Assembly: GCA_963695345.1 (NCBI GenBank)
Contig: OY968769.1
Location: 2,336,001 to 2,400,000 of the forward strand
Length of the DNA stretch: 64,000 nt
Origin: an uncultured Methanomassiliicoccales archaeon
Lineage (GTDB): Archaea; Thermoplasmatota; Thermoplasmata; Methanomassiliicoccales; UBA472
Direction of reading: 5' to 3'
Below are positions 49,572 through 59,400 of the stretch, one piece after another. Every line of letters begins with the position of its first letter. The stretch's first letter is position 1. The notes beneath the pieces were generated by a model, which was not told the DNA's origin, did no database searches, and saw only the letters and a list, made by a program, of their open reading frames with translations. Position numbers and translations under genes: made by a program.

Positions 49572-51155
49572 ATGGAAGCCGCTGAGCACATACCCAAGAA
49601 CCTCCAGGCAGCCGTAGCCAAATTGGAGGATGCCATAGGAAAGGCGAACGTTAAGACCAGCAAGATGGAGAGATTGATTTACAGCCACGATCTTGCCCCA
49701 CTGCCGAACATGGCCCAGCTCGGTTTCAAGAACGTTCCGGACATCGTGGTCCGTCCGTCATCGACCGAGGACCTTCAGAATATCGTGAAGATCGCCGCCG
49801 AGGAAGGTATCCCGATCACCCCGAGAGGCTCGTCCACATGGGGACTGGCCGGCTCTGTGCCGGTGTTCGCGGGTCTCCTGATCGATTTCACCGGCGCCAT
49901 GAACAAGATCCTGAAGATCGATGAGGTCAACCTCGAAGTGACGGCCCAGGCGGGCTGCACCTGGAAGCAGGTCTATGAGGCCTGTCTGGAGAAAGGAATG
50001 CTCCTCGGGTCCTATCCGAGCAGCTACCCGAGCGCCACCATCGGAGGATGGACCTCCACCGGAGGCATCGGCGTAGGCACCTACAAGTATGGTGGCGCGG
50101 CCGATAACATCCGCGACATGGAGGTCGTGATGCCGGATGGGACCATCGTCAACACCGGTTTCAAAGGCCTCTGCGACAACATGACCGGCTACAACCTGAC
50201 CCGCATCATCAGCGGCGCCGAGGGTACACTGGGTGTAATCTCCAATATAACTTTCAAGCTAACTCCGGCACCGGAGATCTTCAGGCCTCTCACCTACTTC
50301 TTCAAGGACCTGCCCTCCATCGGCGCCCCCTTGTTCGAGATCGCCCACAAGCGCGTCGTCCCCCTGCACATAAGTTTCTCCGACGGCAACCACTTCGAAC
50401 TGCTGAAGAAGGCAGGCAAGCACGTGACCGAGGTCGCCACGGCCATGAACGTCGTTCTCGAGGGCGACAAAGAGACGGTCGCGCACGAGGAAGCGGTCAT
50501 AGACGCAGTGGTCGCCAAGTTCGGTGGCAGGAAGGCGGATGACGCCACCGCAGCCCATGAATGGGCAGAGAACTGCTACGAGTTCAGGTGCCGCGAGGTC
50601 GGATTGGGATGCATACCCGGTGAGGTAGTCGTCCCGGTCAAGGACTATGCGGTATTCGCCAACCGCCTGTACGAGCTCATGGACAACATGAAGATGACCG
50701 GGGCCATCATCGGCATAATGGCCGATCGGAACACCGTCATGTTCATGCCCTACTTCCTGTTCAACCCGGACGACCTGGTCCAGTTGACCGCACTGTCGTT
50801 CAGCAAGAAGTGCGGGGACATGGCCATGGAATACGGCGGCCGGCCGCTCGGATTCGGCGCCTTCTTCGCCTCCAACCTGGACGCGATACGCGGAAACGGG
50901 GCCAAATACATCCGTGCGATCAAGAAGACCATTGACCCGCAGGACATCATGAACCCGGGCAAGCTCACCGGAACGACGCTGCGATACGGCATCAAGATCC
51001 CGCCGATCCTGTTCGACAAGGGCATGGACGCGATGGCTTTGGCAAAGATCATGCTCCCTCGCGACACCCAGTTCGATGACAAGGCGGCGGCGTACGCCAA
51101 CGAGCGTATGATCAAGGAGCGGGCCGAGAAAGAGCACCAGCACCCGAAGCACTAA
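49572..51155 (+). CDS. FAD-binding oxidoreductase (GlcD/D-lactate dehydrogenase-like fold)
   Basis: PDIVVRP, TPRGSST, ATIGG, YG, SGAEGTLGVI, DPQDIMNPGK motifs. Confidence 0.85.
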   Translation: MEAAEHIPKNLQAAVAKLEDAIGKANVKTSKMERLIYSHDLAPLPNMAQLGFKNVPDIVVRPSSTEDLQNIVKIAAEEGIPITPRGSSTWGLAGSVPVFAGLLIDFTGAMNKILKIDEVNLEVTAQAGCTWKQVYEACLEKGMLLGSYPSSYPSATIGGWTSTGGIGVGTYKYGGAADNIRDMEVVMPDGTIVNTGFKGLCDNMTGYNLTRIISGAEGTLGVISNITFKLTPAPEIFRPLTYFFKDLPSIGAPLFEIAHKRVVPLHISFSDGNHFELLKKAGKHVTEVATAMNVVLEGDKETVAHEEAVIDAVVAKFGGRKADDATAAHEWAENCYEFRCREVGLGCIPGEVVVPVKDYAVFANRLYELMDNMKMTGAIIGIMADRNTVMFMPYFLFNPDDLVQLTALSFSKKCGDMAMEYGGRPLGFGAFFASNLDAIRGNGAKYIRAIKKTIDPQDIMNPGKLTGTTLRYGIKIPPILFDKGMDAMALAKIMLPRDTQFDDKAAAYANERMIKERAEKEHQHPKH

Positions 51156-51283
51156 ACCTTTCAGATATACATCGGCGGGCAACGCCCGTCCCTTCACATT
51201 TTTCCATATTCTAGCACTTCTTTTGTTTTCACACTAAACATACATCCGCCGGGTTCGGTCGGATAGAAAGAAGAAAGCGTTTG

Positions 51284-51430
51284 TTACTTCGTGGCGTACT
51301 TATCCGGGCTTGCGTCGAACTTCTTCTTGCATCCCGGCGCGCAGAAGTAGTAGGTCTTTCCCTTGTACTCCGACTTCCACTTGGCGGTCTTCTCATCGAC
51401 CTGCATCTTGCATATCACGTCTTCAGCCAT
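51284..51430 (-). CDS. YHS/TRASH domain copper chaperone-like protein (48 aa, below the ORF-track cutoff)
   Basis: Translates MAEDVICKMQVDEKTAKWKSEYKGKTYYFCAPGCKKKFDASPDKYATK; directly downstream of copA. Confidence 0.88.
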   Translation of the reverse strand: MAEDVICKMQVDEKTAKWKSEYKGKTYYFCAPGCKKKFDASPDKYATK

Positions 51431-51446
51431 TTTTTCATTATCTCCC

Positions 51447-53945
51447 TTATTTCTTCCGTTTTATCTCTGGAGTATACCTCTTTAGCAGAGCGGCGTTGGA
51501 GACCACGGAAACGGACGACAACGCCATTGCCCCGGCGGCGATGATCGGGCTAAGCAGCCAACCGGTGACCGGGAACAATACGCCGGCGGCGATGGGGATG
51601 CCGGCGACGTTGTATCCGAACGCCCAGAACAGGTTCTGCCGGATCTTCCTCATCGTCTGCCGGCTCAACTGGATCGTGGCCACGACGTCCTTCAGGTCAT
51701 CCCTGATGAGGACCACGTCGCCTGTCTCCATGGCCACGTCGGTCCCGGAACCGATGGCCACGCCGATGTCCGCCTGGGCCAGTGCCGGCGCGTCATTGAC
51801 ACCGTCCCCGACCATCATTACCACCTTTCCCTGCTCCTGGAGCCTTGACACCTCCCTGACCTTGTCCTCGGGAAGCACCTCCGCCAGGATGTTGGTGATC
51901 CCCAACTGCTCGCCTATCGCCTTGGCGGTGCGGGCGTTGTCCCCGGTGATCATGAAGACCTCGATCCTCATTTCCTTGAGCGCCTCGACCGCTTCCTTCG
52001 CCGAGTCCTTAGCGACATCCGCGATGGCGATGACCCCGACCGGTACGCCCTCAATGGCCACGATTACGGCGGTCTTTCCCCGGGCCTCGAAATCGGTCAC
52101 CTTGGTGTCGACTTTCCCTACATCAATCTTATGCGAGGCCATGAGCTTGCGGCTGCCCACCAGCACTTCCTTTCCCTCCACCGAAGCGCGGATGCCCATG
52201 CCGGGAACATTCTCGAAGGCATCGGCGTCAGGCAGCTCCCCGTTCTTCTCCTTCGCCCTCCGGACGACCGCTTCCGCCAGTGGATGTTCCGATCCCTTCT
52301 CCGCGATCCCGGCGAGCCTTACCAGTTCCTCTTCCGGCATTCCGAACACCGCCACATCGGTGACCTGCGGCTCGCCCCTGGTCAGGGTGCCGGTCTTGTC
52401 GAAGACCACCGCGGTGATCCGGCCGGCGTTCTCCAGCGATTCGCTGCTCTTGATCAGTATCCCGTTCTCCGCGCCCTTTCCCGTGCCGACCATGATGGCG
52501 GTGGGTGTGGCCAGGCCCAACGCGCACGGGCAGGCTATGACCATCACGGAGATGAAAACGGTCAGGGAGAATATGAACTGGGGCTGGGTCACTCCGAACA
52601 GTCCGTATCCGATGAAGAACCAGAACAGGAAGGTGATCACCGCTATCGATATCACCGCCGGTACGAAGACGCCTGCCACCTTGTCCGCCAGCCTTTGTAT
52701 CGGGGCCTTGGAGGCCTGGGCGTTCTCCACCAGGCGCACTATCTGGGCCAACGCCGTGTCCTTGCCCACCTTGGTGGCCCTGACCTTGAGCAGACCGTTC
52801 TTGTTGATCGTCCCTCCGATCACGTTCGAGTTCTCGGACTTGGAGACCGGCATGCTCTCCCCGGTGAGAAGCGACTCGTCGACCGATGAGACGCCCTCGA
52901 TGACGACCCCGTCCGTGGGGACCTTCTCCCCCGGCCGGACCACCATCACATCGCTGACGTCCAGCTCGTCGGCCTGGACCTGCACCTCGACGCCGTCCCT
53001 GATGATCACCGCGGTCTTGGCCTGGAGGTCGATCAGCCTGCGGATAGCCTCGGAGGTCCTGCTCTTGGCCTTGGCCTCGAGGTATTTGCCGAACAGGATC
53101 AGCGCGATGATCATCGTCGACGTGTCGTAGTATACGCTCGGATCGATGAACGAGGAAGGGAAGAAGGTGACCGCCACGCTATAGAAGTACGCCGCCGAAG
53201 TGCCCACCGCGATCAAGGTGTCCATGTTCGCCCTTCTGTTACGGAGAGCCTTGTAGGTGCCGGAATAGAACTGATACCCGATGATGAACTGGACCGGAGT
53301 GGCCACCAGGAACAGGATCAGGTTCCCCCACTCCATGAGGAAATGGACCTCCCCCAACGGGGTGAACTGCATCAGGAGCATGAACACCATGATAGGTATC
53401 GCCGTCGAGAGAGCGGCGATGAGCAACACCTTCTGCCGTTTCAGCTCCTTGGCCCGGACCTCTTTCTCCTGGTCCGAGTCCGTGGATTCCAAGACCTCAT
53501 AGCCTGCGTCCATGATGGCCTTCTTCATCTGCGGGACCCGCACCCTCTGGGGGTCGTACCGGACAGTGAGCTTCTCGGTGGCCAGGTTGACCGATGCGCT
53601 CAGCACGCCATCGAGCGCCTGGACCGCCTCCTCGACGGTGGAGGAACAGGAGGCGCAGCTCATGCCCCCGATGGATATCGTGACCTCATTGATTATGACA
53701 TCGTAACCTGCGTCGATGACCGCCTTCTTCATCTCCTCGATGTTGACCTTGGTCGGATCGTACGTGACCGTCGCCTTTTCGGTGGCCAGATTCACGTTCG
53801 CATTCTCGATCCCGTCGAGGCCGGAAAGGCTGTCGGAGATGGTCTGCGCACAACTGGCGCAGGTCATGCCAGTCAGCCCGAATGAGGCGGTCCTCTTGCC
53901 TTTCTGCGGGACCGGTTCAGCGCCATCGGTGTCATTTTCGCTCAT
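51447..53945 (-). CDS. copA: Cu(I)-translocating P1B-type ATPase
   Basis: Two GM(T/S)CASC HMA domains, TGES, CPC, DKTGT, SEHPL, GDGVND, YN and MxxSS motifs. Confidence 0.95.
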   Translation of the reverse strand: MSENDTDGAEPVPQKGKRTASFGLTGMTCASCAQTISDSLSGLDGIENANVNLATEKATVTYDPTKVNIEEMKKAVIDAGYDVIINEVTISIGGMSCASCSSTVEEAVQALDGVLSASVNLATEKLTVRYDPQRVRVPQMKKAIMDAGYEVLESTDSDQEKEVRAKELKRQKVLLIAALSTAIPIMVFMLLMQFTPLGEVHFLMEWGNLILFLVATPVQFIIGYQFYSGTYKALRNRRANMDTLIAVGTSAAYFYSVAVTFFPSSFIDPSVYYDTSTMIIALILFGKYLEAKAKSRTSEAIRRLIDLQAKTAVIIRDGVEVQVQADELDVSDVMVVRPGEKVPTDGVVIEGVSSVDESLLTGESMPVSKSENSNVIGGTINKNGLLKVRATKVGKDTALAQIVRLVENAQASKAPIQRLADKVAGVFVPAVISIAVITFLFWFFIGYGLFGVTQPQFIFSLTVFISVMVIACPCALGLATPTAIMVGTGKGAENGILIKSSESLENAGRITAVVFDKTGTLTRGEPQVTDVAVFGMPEEELVRLAGIAEKGSEHPLAEAVVRRAKEKNGELPDADAFENVPGMGIRASVEGKEVLVGSRKLMASHKIDVGKVDTKVTDFEARGKTAVIVAIEGVPVGVIAIADVAKDSAKEAVEALKEMRIEVFMITGDNARTAKAIGEQLGITNILAEVLPEDKVREVSRLQEQGKVVMMVGDGVNDAPALAQADIGVAIGSGTDVAMETGDVVLIRDDLKDVVATIQLSRQTMRKIRQNLFWAFGYNVAGIPIAAGVLFPVTGWLLSPIIAAGAMALSSVSVVSNAALLKRYTPEIKRKK

Positions 53946-54122
53946 CGTTTAATAACATATAGCCCATCGTTCAAGTATATAGCGATATACGATTGGCATG
54001 TCAATTATCCGGTAAAACCATCAATTGTTAAAACCGTTGACTCGCATTTTCGGACATTACATTTCGAACGGAAGATTGTCGGACAGGAAATCTTATAAAT
54101 TTAATGACGTAATTCGGGCGCT

Positions 54123-54722
54123 ATGAACTTGGATGCAACTGATATCAAGATCCTCAAGGTCCTTCAATCTAACGGTCGCCTCTCATTCAGGCAAATAGCG
54201 GAAAAGGTCAAGGTCAGCGTTCCGACCGTGAGCAGCAAGATCAACAGCATGGAGAGCATGGGGGTCATCAAGGGATATCAGGCCGAGCTCGATTCAGAGA
54301 AGCTCGGAGGCATCAGCGTTGTGCTGGACATCAAGACCCGGCCTGCCGACATCAGAAAGGTCTCCGACCGGTTCGCCGGCGACGAGCATGTCCGCAAGGC
54401 GTACATACTGAGCAACAGCCGCATTCTGATCGTCGTCACTTTCACCCAACAGCATCTCATCAACGAATTCGTGATGAACCTGTCGGACATCCCGGAGATC
54501 GTAGAATACGAGCTCACCAACATCATTACCGTTGTCAAAGAGGAACAGAGGGCGGTCATCAACCCCGAGGTCAATGTGGTGCTGACCTGCGCCTATTGCC
54601 GCAAGGAGATCCGTGACGATGCCTTCAAAGTGAAAGAAGGCGACAAGGAGTACTACGTCTGCTGCCCCGTGTGCCAGAAGAACCTGGAGCAGAAGATAGA
54701 CGCCTTGAAGTCCAAAGCCTGA
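54123..54722 (+). CDS. Lrp/AsnC-TRASH copper-responsive regulator (CopR/CopT-like)
   Basis: Lrp HTH plus C-terminal CAYC...YYVCCPVC; divergent from copA. Confidence 0.85.
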   Translation: MNLDATDIKILKVLQSNGRLSFRQIAEKVKVSVPTVSSKINSMESMGVIKGYQAELDSEKLGGISVVLDIKTRPADIRKVSDRFAGDEHVRKAYILSNSRILIVVTFTQQHLINEFVMNLSDIPEIVEYELTNIITVVKEEQRAVINPEVNVVLTCAYCRKEIRDDAFKVKEGDKEYYVCCPVCQKNLEQKIDALKSKA

Positions 54723-55097
54723 TCAGAGCGACGCCATTACGTCGATCTCGATGGTGGCCCCGAGAGGCAGGCGGGCCACCCCCACGGTGGTCCTGGCCGG
54801 GAACGGTTCCTGGAAGCTTTCCGCGAATATCGCGTTGACCTCCTTGAACCGGTCCAGATCGGTCATGAAGATCGTGACCTTCACCACATTTCTTATGGAG
54901 GAACCGGCCGCCTCAAGCACCGACCGGATGTTCTCGATGCTTTGTCTGGCCTCGTCCAGGGTGCCGGTGCTGACCAATCTGTTCGTCCTCGGGTCGATGC
55001 CAAGCTGCCCGGAACAGAATACGATCTGGTCAAGAATGATCGCCTGGGAATATGGACCTATAGGCAGGGGCGCCCTCTCCGTCCTGATATCTCTCAT
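54723..55097 (-). CDS. ridA: RidA family enamine deaminase
   Basis: PIGPYSQA, SGQLG, VVKVTIF, FPART, LPLG..IEID motifs. Confidence 0.88.
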   Translation of the reverse strand: MRDIRTERAPLPIGPYSQAIILDQIVFCSGQLGIDPRTNRLVSTGTLDEARQSIENIRSVLEAAGSSIRNVVKVTIFMTDLDRFKEVNAIFAESFQEPFPARTTVGVARLPLGATIEIDVMASL

Positions 55098-55142
55098 GAA
55101 ACCTTCAAGGACGGGGATGCAAATCAATCTAACGATGATCGC

Positions 55143-55841
55143 TCAGATCTTTGTCAGGAATTCTGGCAGGAACGACACGTCAGGAATGATCTTGACCACG
55201 CCGAGACTGCTCCATGTCGGGCGATCGGTGGCTCCGGAAAGCACCCCTATGAATCCTGAACCGGCTGATCGAGCGCATTCCATATCCATCATATGATCTC
55301 CCACAAGGAGGCATTCCTCGTTCGTCATCCCTAGCTTTCCCGCCGCCCTGGAAAGCGAGATAGGGTTGGGTTTGGCCTCATCGTCCGGGTAATCATCCCT
55401 GCAAACTCTCTTTTCAAAAAGTTCCGACAATCCTGCCGCCCTCAGTGCCGCCTCCGTGTATCGTCTCGAACCTCGGGTGAGGACCGCCATGGCGTAGCCG
55501 TCATCCCTCAATTGGCATATCGCCTCGCTGACCCTTGGAACGGCCACAGTCTTTCCGACATCGCGCATTTCGATCTCGTTCATTATGTTCCCAGCATCCG
55601 ATAGTAAAGATTCTGCCGCCTCCTCGGACCCGTTTATTGACAGATAATCGAGGCAAGCCTGCAGGTTGTTCGCCAGGCTCTTCTTCTGATCAAGAACATT
55701 CTCAGGGATACAGGACGCTCGCATACGCTCAAACGTTAATGTTCTCATGAGGAAGAAATCAATCGTGCTATGAACTAACGTACCGTCAAGGTCGAAGACA
55801 AGTCCTCGGATGTCACCGATATCGGAATCCATTGCAGTCAT
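55143..55841 (-). CDS. HAD family hydrolase
   Basis: FDLDGTL, KP.P, VGDH..D motifs. Confidence 0.88.
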   Translation of the reverse strand: MTAMDSDIGDIRGLVFDLDGTLVHSTIDFFLMRTLTFERMRASCIPENVLDQKKSLANNLQACLDYLSINGSEEAAESLLSDAGNIMNEIEMRDVGKTVAVPRVSEAICQLRDDGYAMAVLTRGSRRYTEAALRAAGLSELFEKRVCRDDYPDDEAKPNPISLSRAAGKLGMTNEECLLVGDHMMDMECARSAGSGFIGVLSGATDRPTWSSLGVVKIIPDVSFLPEFLTKI

Positions 55842-56053
55842 TCCTAACCTTCTCAGAAGTCAATCCTCAATAAATATGATTGTTACGGTTCAAACATCGC
55901 TGATGGATAATCTTACCGAAAATCAAATCTAGTAATTAGTATCTGGCCAGTATTCTTTCATTTTTTGATATATAACTTTAACTGTAGCATGCTCCAAGAC
56001 TCTTTTAATATCCTCAAAACGACACGTATACAACGAATCCTGGGGTATTATTA

Positions 56054-56491
56054 ATGAGAATCAAGTCCACTGAAAATTACGGCAATGCAAGGAACCTTGG
56101 AAAGACGAACCAAACACCGCTCCCAGGTGTAGGCCCATACAATGCACCGCTCCCAGGTGTAGGCCCATACAATGCACCGCTCCCAGGTGTAGGCCCATAC
56201 AATGCACCGCTCCCAGGTGTAGGCCCATACAATGCACCGCTCCCAGGTGTAGGCCCATACAATGCACCGCTCCCAGGTGTAGGCCCATACAATGCACCGC
56301 TCCCAGGTGTAGGCCCATACAATGCACCGCTCCCAGGTGTAGGCCCATACAATGCACCGCTCCCAGGTGTAGGCCCATACAATGCACCGCTCCCAGGTGT
56401 AGGCCCATACAATGCACCGCTCCCAGGTGTAGGCCCATACAATGCACCGCTCCCAGGTGTAGGCCCATACAATGCACCGCTATGTGGGTAA
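56054..56491 (+). CDS. Repeat-encoded peptide ORF: 21-aa leader plus ([10 protein letters not shown])x12 plus PLCG
   Basis: ATG-initiated ORF spanning the array, AT-rich upstream region and plus-strand hairpin downstream. Confidence 0.45.
   Translation: MRIKSTENYGNARNLGKTNQTPLPGVGPYNAPLPGVGPYNAPLPGVGPYNAPLPGVGPYNAPLPGVGPYNAPLPGVGPYNAPLPGVGPYNAPLPGVGPYNAPLPGVGPYNAPLPGVGPYNAPLPGVGPYNAPLPGVGPYNAPLCG
56115..56481. repeat. Perfect tandem repeat, 12 x 30 bp CACCGCTCCCAGGTGTAGGCCCATACAATG plus a 7-bp partial unit
   Basis: Identical units read directly, with no spacers and no mismatches. Confidence 0.98.
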
Positions 56492-56519
56492 GTGCTAAAC
56501 AAATACTATTCCTTACAAC

Positions 56520-56570
56520 TCCTTCTTGCTCGACTGATGGGCAGGAAGGAAGAATCCAATCTTTTTATTA
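56520..56570 (+). terminator. Hairpin plus T-tract between the repeat ORF and the convergent TPR gene
   Basis: CCTTCTTGCTC-GACTGAT-GGGCAGGAAGG: 11-bp stem with two G:U pairs on the plus strand, then CTTTTTA. Confidence 0.55.
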
Positions 56571-59279
56571 CTGGACAACGCACATTCTCTCAATGTTGTT
56601 CATCGTGTCCTTCATCAACTTCTCATGTCCGATGCTCTCAGCCACTCGGTAAGCTTCTTGGAGCAATACCAATGCCTGGTCCAACTCATCGTTTTCGGCA
56701 TAGGCTTGGGCGACCTCAAAAAGCCATTCACTCAATCTGACAGGCATGTCGATGGAGCGGATGATGTCGATGCTTTCCTTGAACTCCACCTTCGCCCAAT
56801 CCCATTCCTTCTTCTTGGCGTAGAGGTAACCACGGTACAAGTGGAGCGTGGAGAGCATGAGCAGGTCATTCAGTTTCTTGAATATCGAGGAAGCGTTGTC
56901 GATCATCTCCTCGCCCCGCAACCAGTTACCTTCCTCGATATATATGGCGGCTGAGTTGGCCAGGGCAAATCCGAGGGAGTTGAGGTCACCCGCCATGCGC
57001 GCCAGCTTCACTGCCGATTCCTGGTATTCGATCGCCTCTTCGAACTTCTTCATCTGCCTGAGGTCGTTGCCCAGGCTGGTGCTTACCTTCGAGATCATGG
57101 TGATATCGCCAGAACGTTCCAGGATGCGGAGGACCTCTTTCTTGGTGGCTATCGATTCATCGAACCTATGTTGCCCGTCTAGAGTTTGTGACAGGCCGTA
57201 CATGGATTTGCCCAGGCTGGTGTCATCACCTATGGATCGTGATATGTCGATGGACCGGTGGAAATTCGCAGACGCATCCTCAAACCTGCCATGCCTTTCG
57301 CAAACCCCTCCCAATCCATACAGGACGTCTGCCAGGGTCTGCTTCTCATCAGCTTTTTCCGCAAGCCCCAATGCCAGACCGAGGTACCTTCCCGCCTCTT
57401 CCAGTCTTGACCGCCCGAGGTTTATCATGCCTATGCGTCGATTCATCTCTGCCAGGAGACGGATGTCGGATACCGGAGAGGCTATGCGGATGATCTCGGA
57501 GAACCTGGATATCGCCGCATCCCAGTCCCCCTGGATCTCCATGATGTCTCCCTGAAGGCTCAATATCTCCATACGATCCCGGTGTTCGATCTTGGGGGCG
57601 GAGGTGAGCAGGGTCTTGAGCAGGGGGCTGAATTGAACCGCATAGCCTTTGTTGATTATGTCGCGGCCATTTCCCGCCGCGATGTCGATCGCGGTTTGAT
57701 ACTCCTTGCCCATGAGACAATGGTACAGGGCCTCCACCGATGAGGGGGCGGAGCTGTCCTGGAGATAGAACCTGGCCGCTGCCTTGTGGTATATGTTGCG
57801 CTGGCGAGGGGTCAGTCTGGAATACACGAACTCCCTCATCAGATCATGCATGCCAATCATCCTTCCGACCGATTCATGCAGGATCGATTTGGAGATCAGC
57901 GAATCGACGGTCTCATAGGAGATGCTGTAATCGGAAGGTTCTCTTTCCACCTCCTTGCCCAGGCTCTCGCTTTGGATCTCCTCTTCCATGGTGAAGAAAG
58001 CGTCAATCATCACTGGATATCTGAAGATGGCCGCGATGCCCATTATGCGTCTTTCCGAGATGTCCAATCTGGAGAAGACCTCCTGCTCGATGAACATGCG
58101 TATGTTCTTTCCCAATGCCAACTTGGGATCTTCGATGAGCTCCAGGAACAGAGGATGGCCATTGGTGATGCTGAAAAGGGAATCCAGGTCCACCTCGCGG
58201 AGGGAGCGGGTCCTCATCATTTGGAAGCTGCTTTCCCGGTCCAATCCCTCCAGCTGCATCTCCACGACAAAGCCGCGATGAACCGCCCCACGGTCGTAGA
58301 AGGATTGCATCTCCCTTGCCGAACCGATCATCCAAGCGCCCGGGAGGCCTTCTATCGAGTTCAGAATCGCCCCAAGAAGGTCTTTCACCCCTTTGTCCGC
58401 TTTGTGTATATCATCGAAGATCAGGAGGGAGTTCGATCCCCGCATGTCGGTTTCAATGATATGGCAGACCTCGCTCAGTTGAGGTTTATCCGTCTGTGTC
58501 AGATAATACTCTAAGTTCTTTTTGCCAATCTGGGAAAGGAATTCCGATAGGGGCTTCAGCACTCCCTTGTAGTCCACCCATTCATGGATTTTGAACCAGA
58601 ATACATTGATCCGGTCGCGGATGTCCTGGGTGAACTTCGCCAGAAGTGTGGTCTTACCTATCCCCGGCACACCATAGATCATTATCGCCTTTTCAGTCTG
58701 GGAGGTCAGAAGGTCTAGGAGGCTCCCCATTTCCTTATCCCTTCCAAAGAAGTTGCGGATCGCTGGTTTCTTGTCCGAATAATCGACAAATCTCCTTTCT
58801 TCCTTCACCTTGCCCTCATGGAACGATGCGCAGTCGAACGTCCCTCGGGAAACGCCCATGGCAAGTTCCAGGAGCGAATAGCGGTTGGGAAGGTAAACGC
58901 CGAGCCTGCCGACCTCATCGACCTGGTCCTTGCCGTTCAGGTCCATCACTTGTACCTTGGTGGACTCGATTGCGGTCTTCAGCTTCTTCCCCTCTTCAAA
59001 ACCCTTAGGGGAAAGGAAATAGACCAGCCGAACCGAGGGCAGGCCTTTGACATGCTTGCTTTGGGTATCGACCACTCCTTCCGTGGCCATGACCGTCATG
59101 ATCTTCGCCACGTTGTTCCGGCCAACTTCGATTATCGATGCGATCCCGTCCTGGGTGACCGCCTTTGGAGCATCAGTGTCCTGACAGTACTTATGCTGGG
59201 CAAGGAGGTGTAATATCACCCTCTCCCTGACGGTGAGCAAAGACTTTCGGGAGCTGCGATTCACAGTCAACAATCGCAA
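56568..59279 (-). CDS. STAND-like protein: N-terminal wHTH, P-loop NTPase, C-terminal TPR array
   Basis: VTQDGIASIIEVGRNNVAK (HTH-like), FFGRDKE, GVPGIGKT (Walker A), LLIFDDIH (Walker B), GHPLFLEL, MHDLMREF, multiple TPR-like repeats. Confidence 0.85.
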   Translation of the reverse strand: MRLLTVNRSSRKSLLTVRERVILHLLAQHKYCQDTDAPKAVTQDGIASIIEVGRNNVAKIMTVMATEGVVDTQSKHVKGLPSVRLVYFLSPKGFEEGKKLKTAIESTKVQVMDLNGKDQVDEVGRLGVYLPNRYSLLELAMGVSRGTFDCASFHEGKVKEERRFVDYSDKKPAIRNFFGRDKEMGSLLDLLTSQTEKAIMIYGVPGIGKTTLLAKFTQDIRDRINVFWFKIHEWVDYKGVLKPLSEFLSQIGKKNLEYYLTQTDKPQLSEVCHIIETDMRGSNSLLIFDDIHKADKGVKDLLGAILNSIEGLPGAWMIGSAREMQSFYDRGAVHRGFVVEMQLEGLDRESSFQMMRTRSLREVDLDSLFSITNGHPLFLELIEDPKLALGKNIRMFIEQEVFSRLDISERRIMGIAAIFRYPVMIDAFFTMEEEIQSESLGKEVEREPSDYSISYETVDSLISKSILHESVGRMIGMHDLMREFVYSRLTPRQRNIYHKAAARFYLQDSSAPSSVEALYHCLMGKEYQTAIDIAAGNGRDIINKGYAVQFSPLLKTLLTSAPKIEHRDRMEILSLQGDIMEIQGDWDAAISRFSEIIRIASPVSDIRLLAEMNRRIGMINLGRSRLEEAGRYLGLALGLAEKADEKQTLADVLYGLGGVCERHGRFEDASANFHRSIDISRSIGDDTSLGKSMYGLSQTLDGQHRFDESIATKKEVLRILERSGDITMISKVSTSLGNDLRQMKKFEEAIEYQESAVKLARMAGDLNSLGFALANSAAIYIEEGNWLRGEEMIDNASSIFKKLNDLLMLSTLHLYRGYLYAKKKEWDWAKVEFKESIDIIRSIDMPVRLSEWLFEVAQAYAENDELDQALVLLQEAYRVAESIGHEKLMKDTMNNIERMCVVQ

Positions 59280-59400
59280 CAGTACAATAATACTTTACTC
59301 CAAAAAAAACGCTATGTGAGACCGAAAGGAGCACTACATCGCAAAATGAGCATGCTCAAATCGGGTTTAAATACGCACTGTACCGAATTGCTCTTAGGAT

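Noticed and set aside
56117-56476. LPGVGPYNA resembles the HhH hairpin of MutY-type glycosylases (LPGVGxYTA)
   Set aside because: The Pro-rich 10-aa period leaves no room for the flanking helices; likely coincidental
56115-56481. CRISPR array interpretation of the 30-bp repeats
   Set aside because: Units are directly abutting with no spacers, and there are no cas genes in the window
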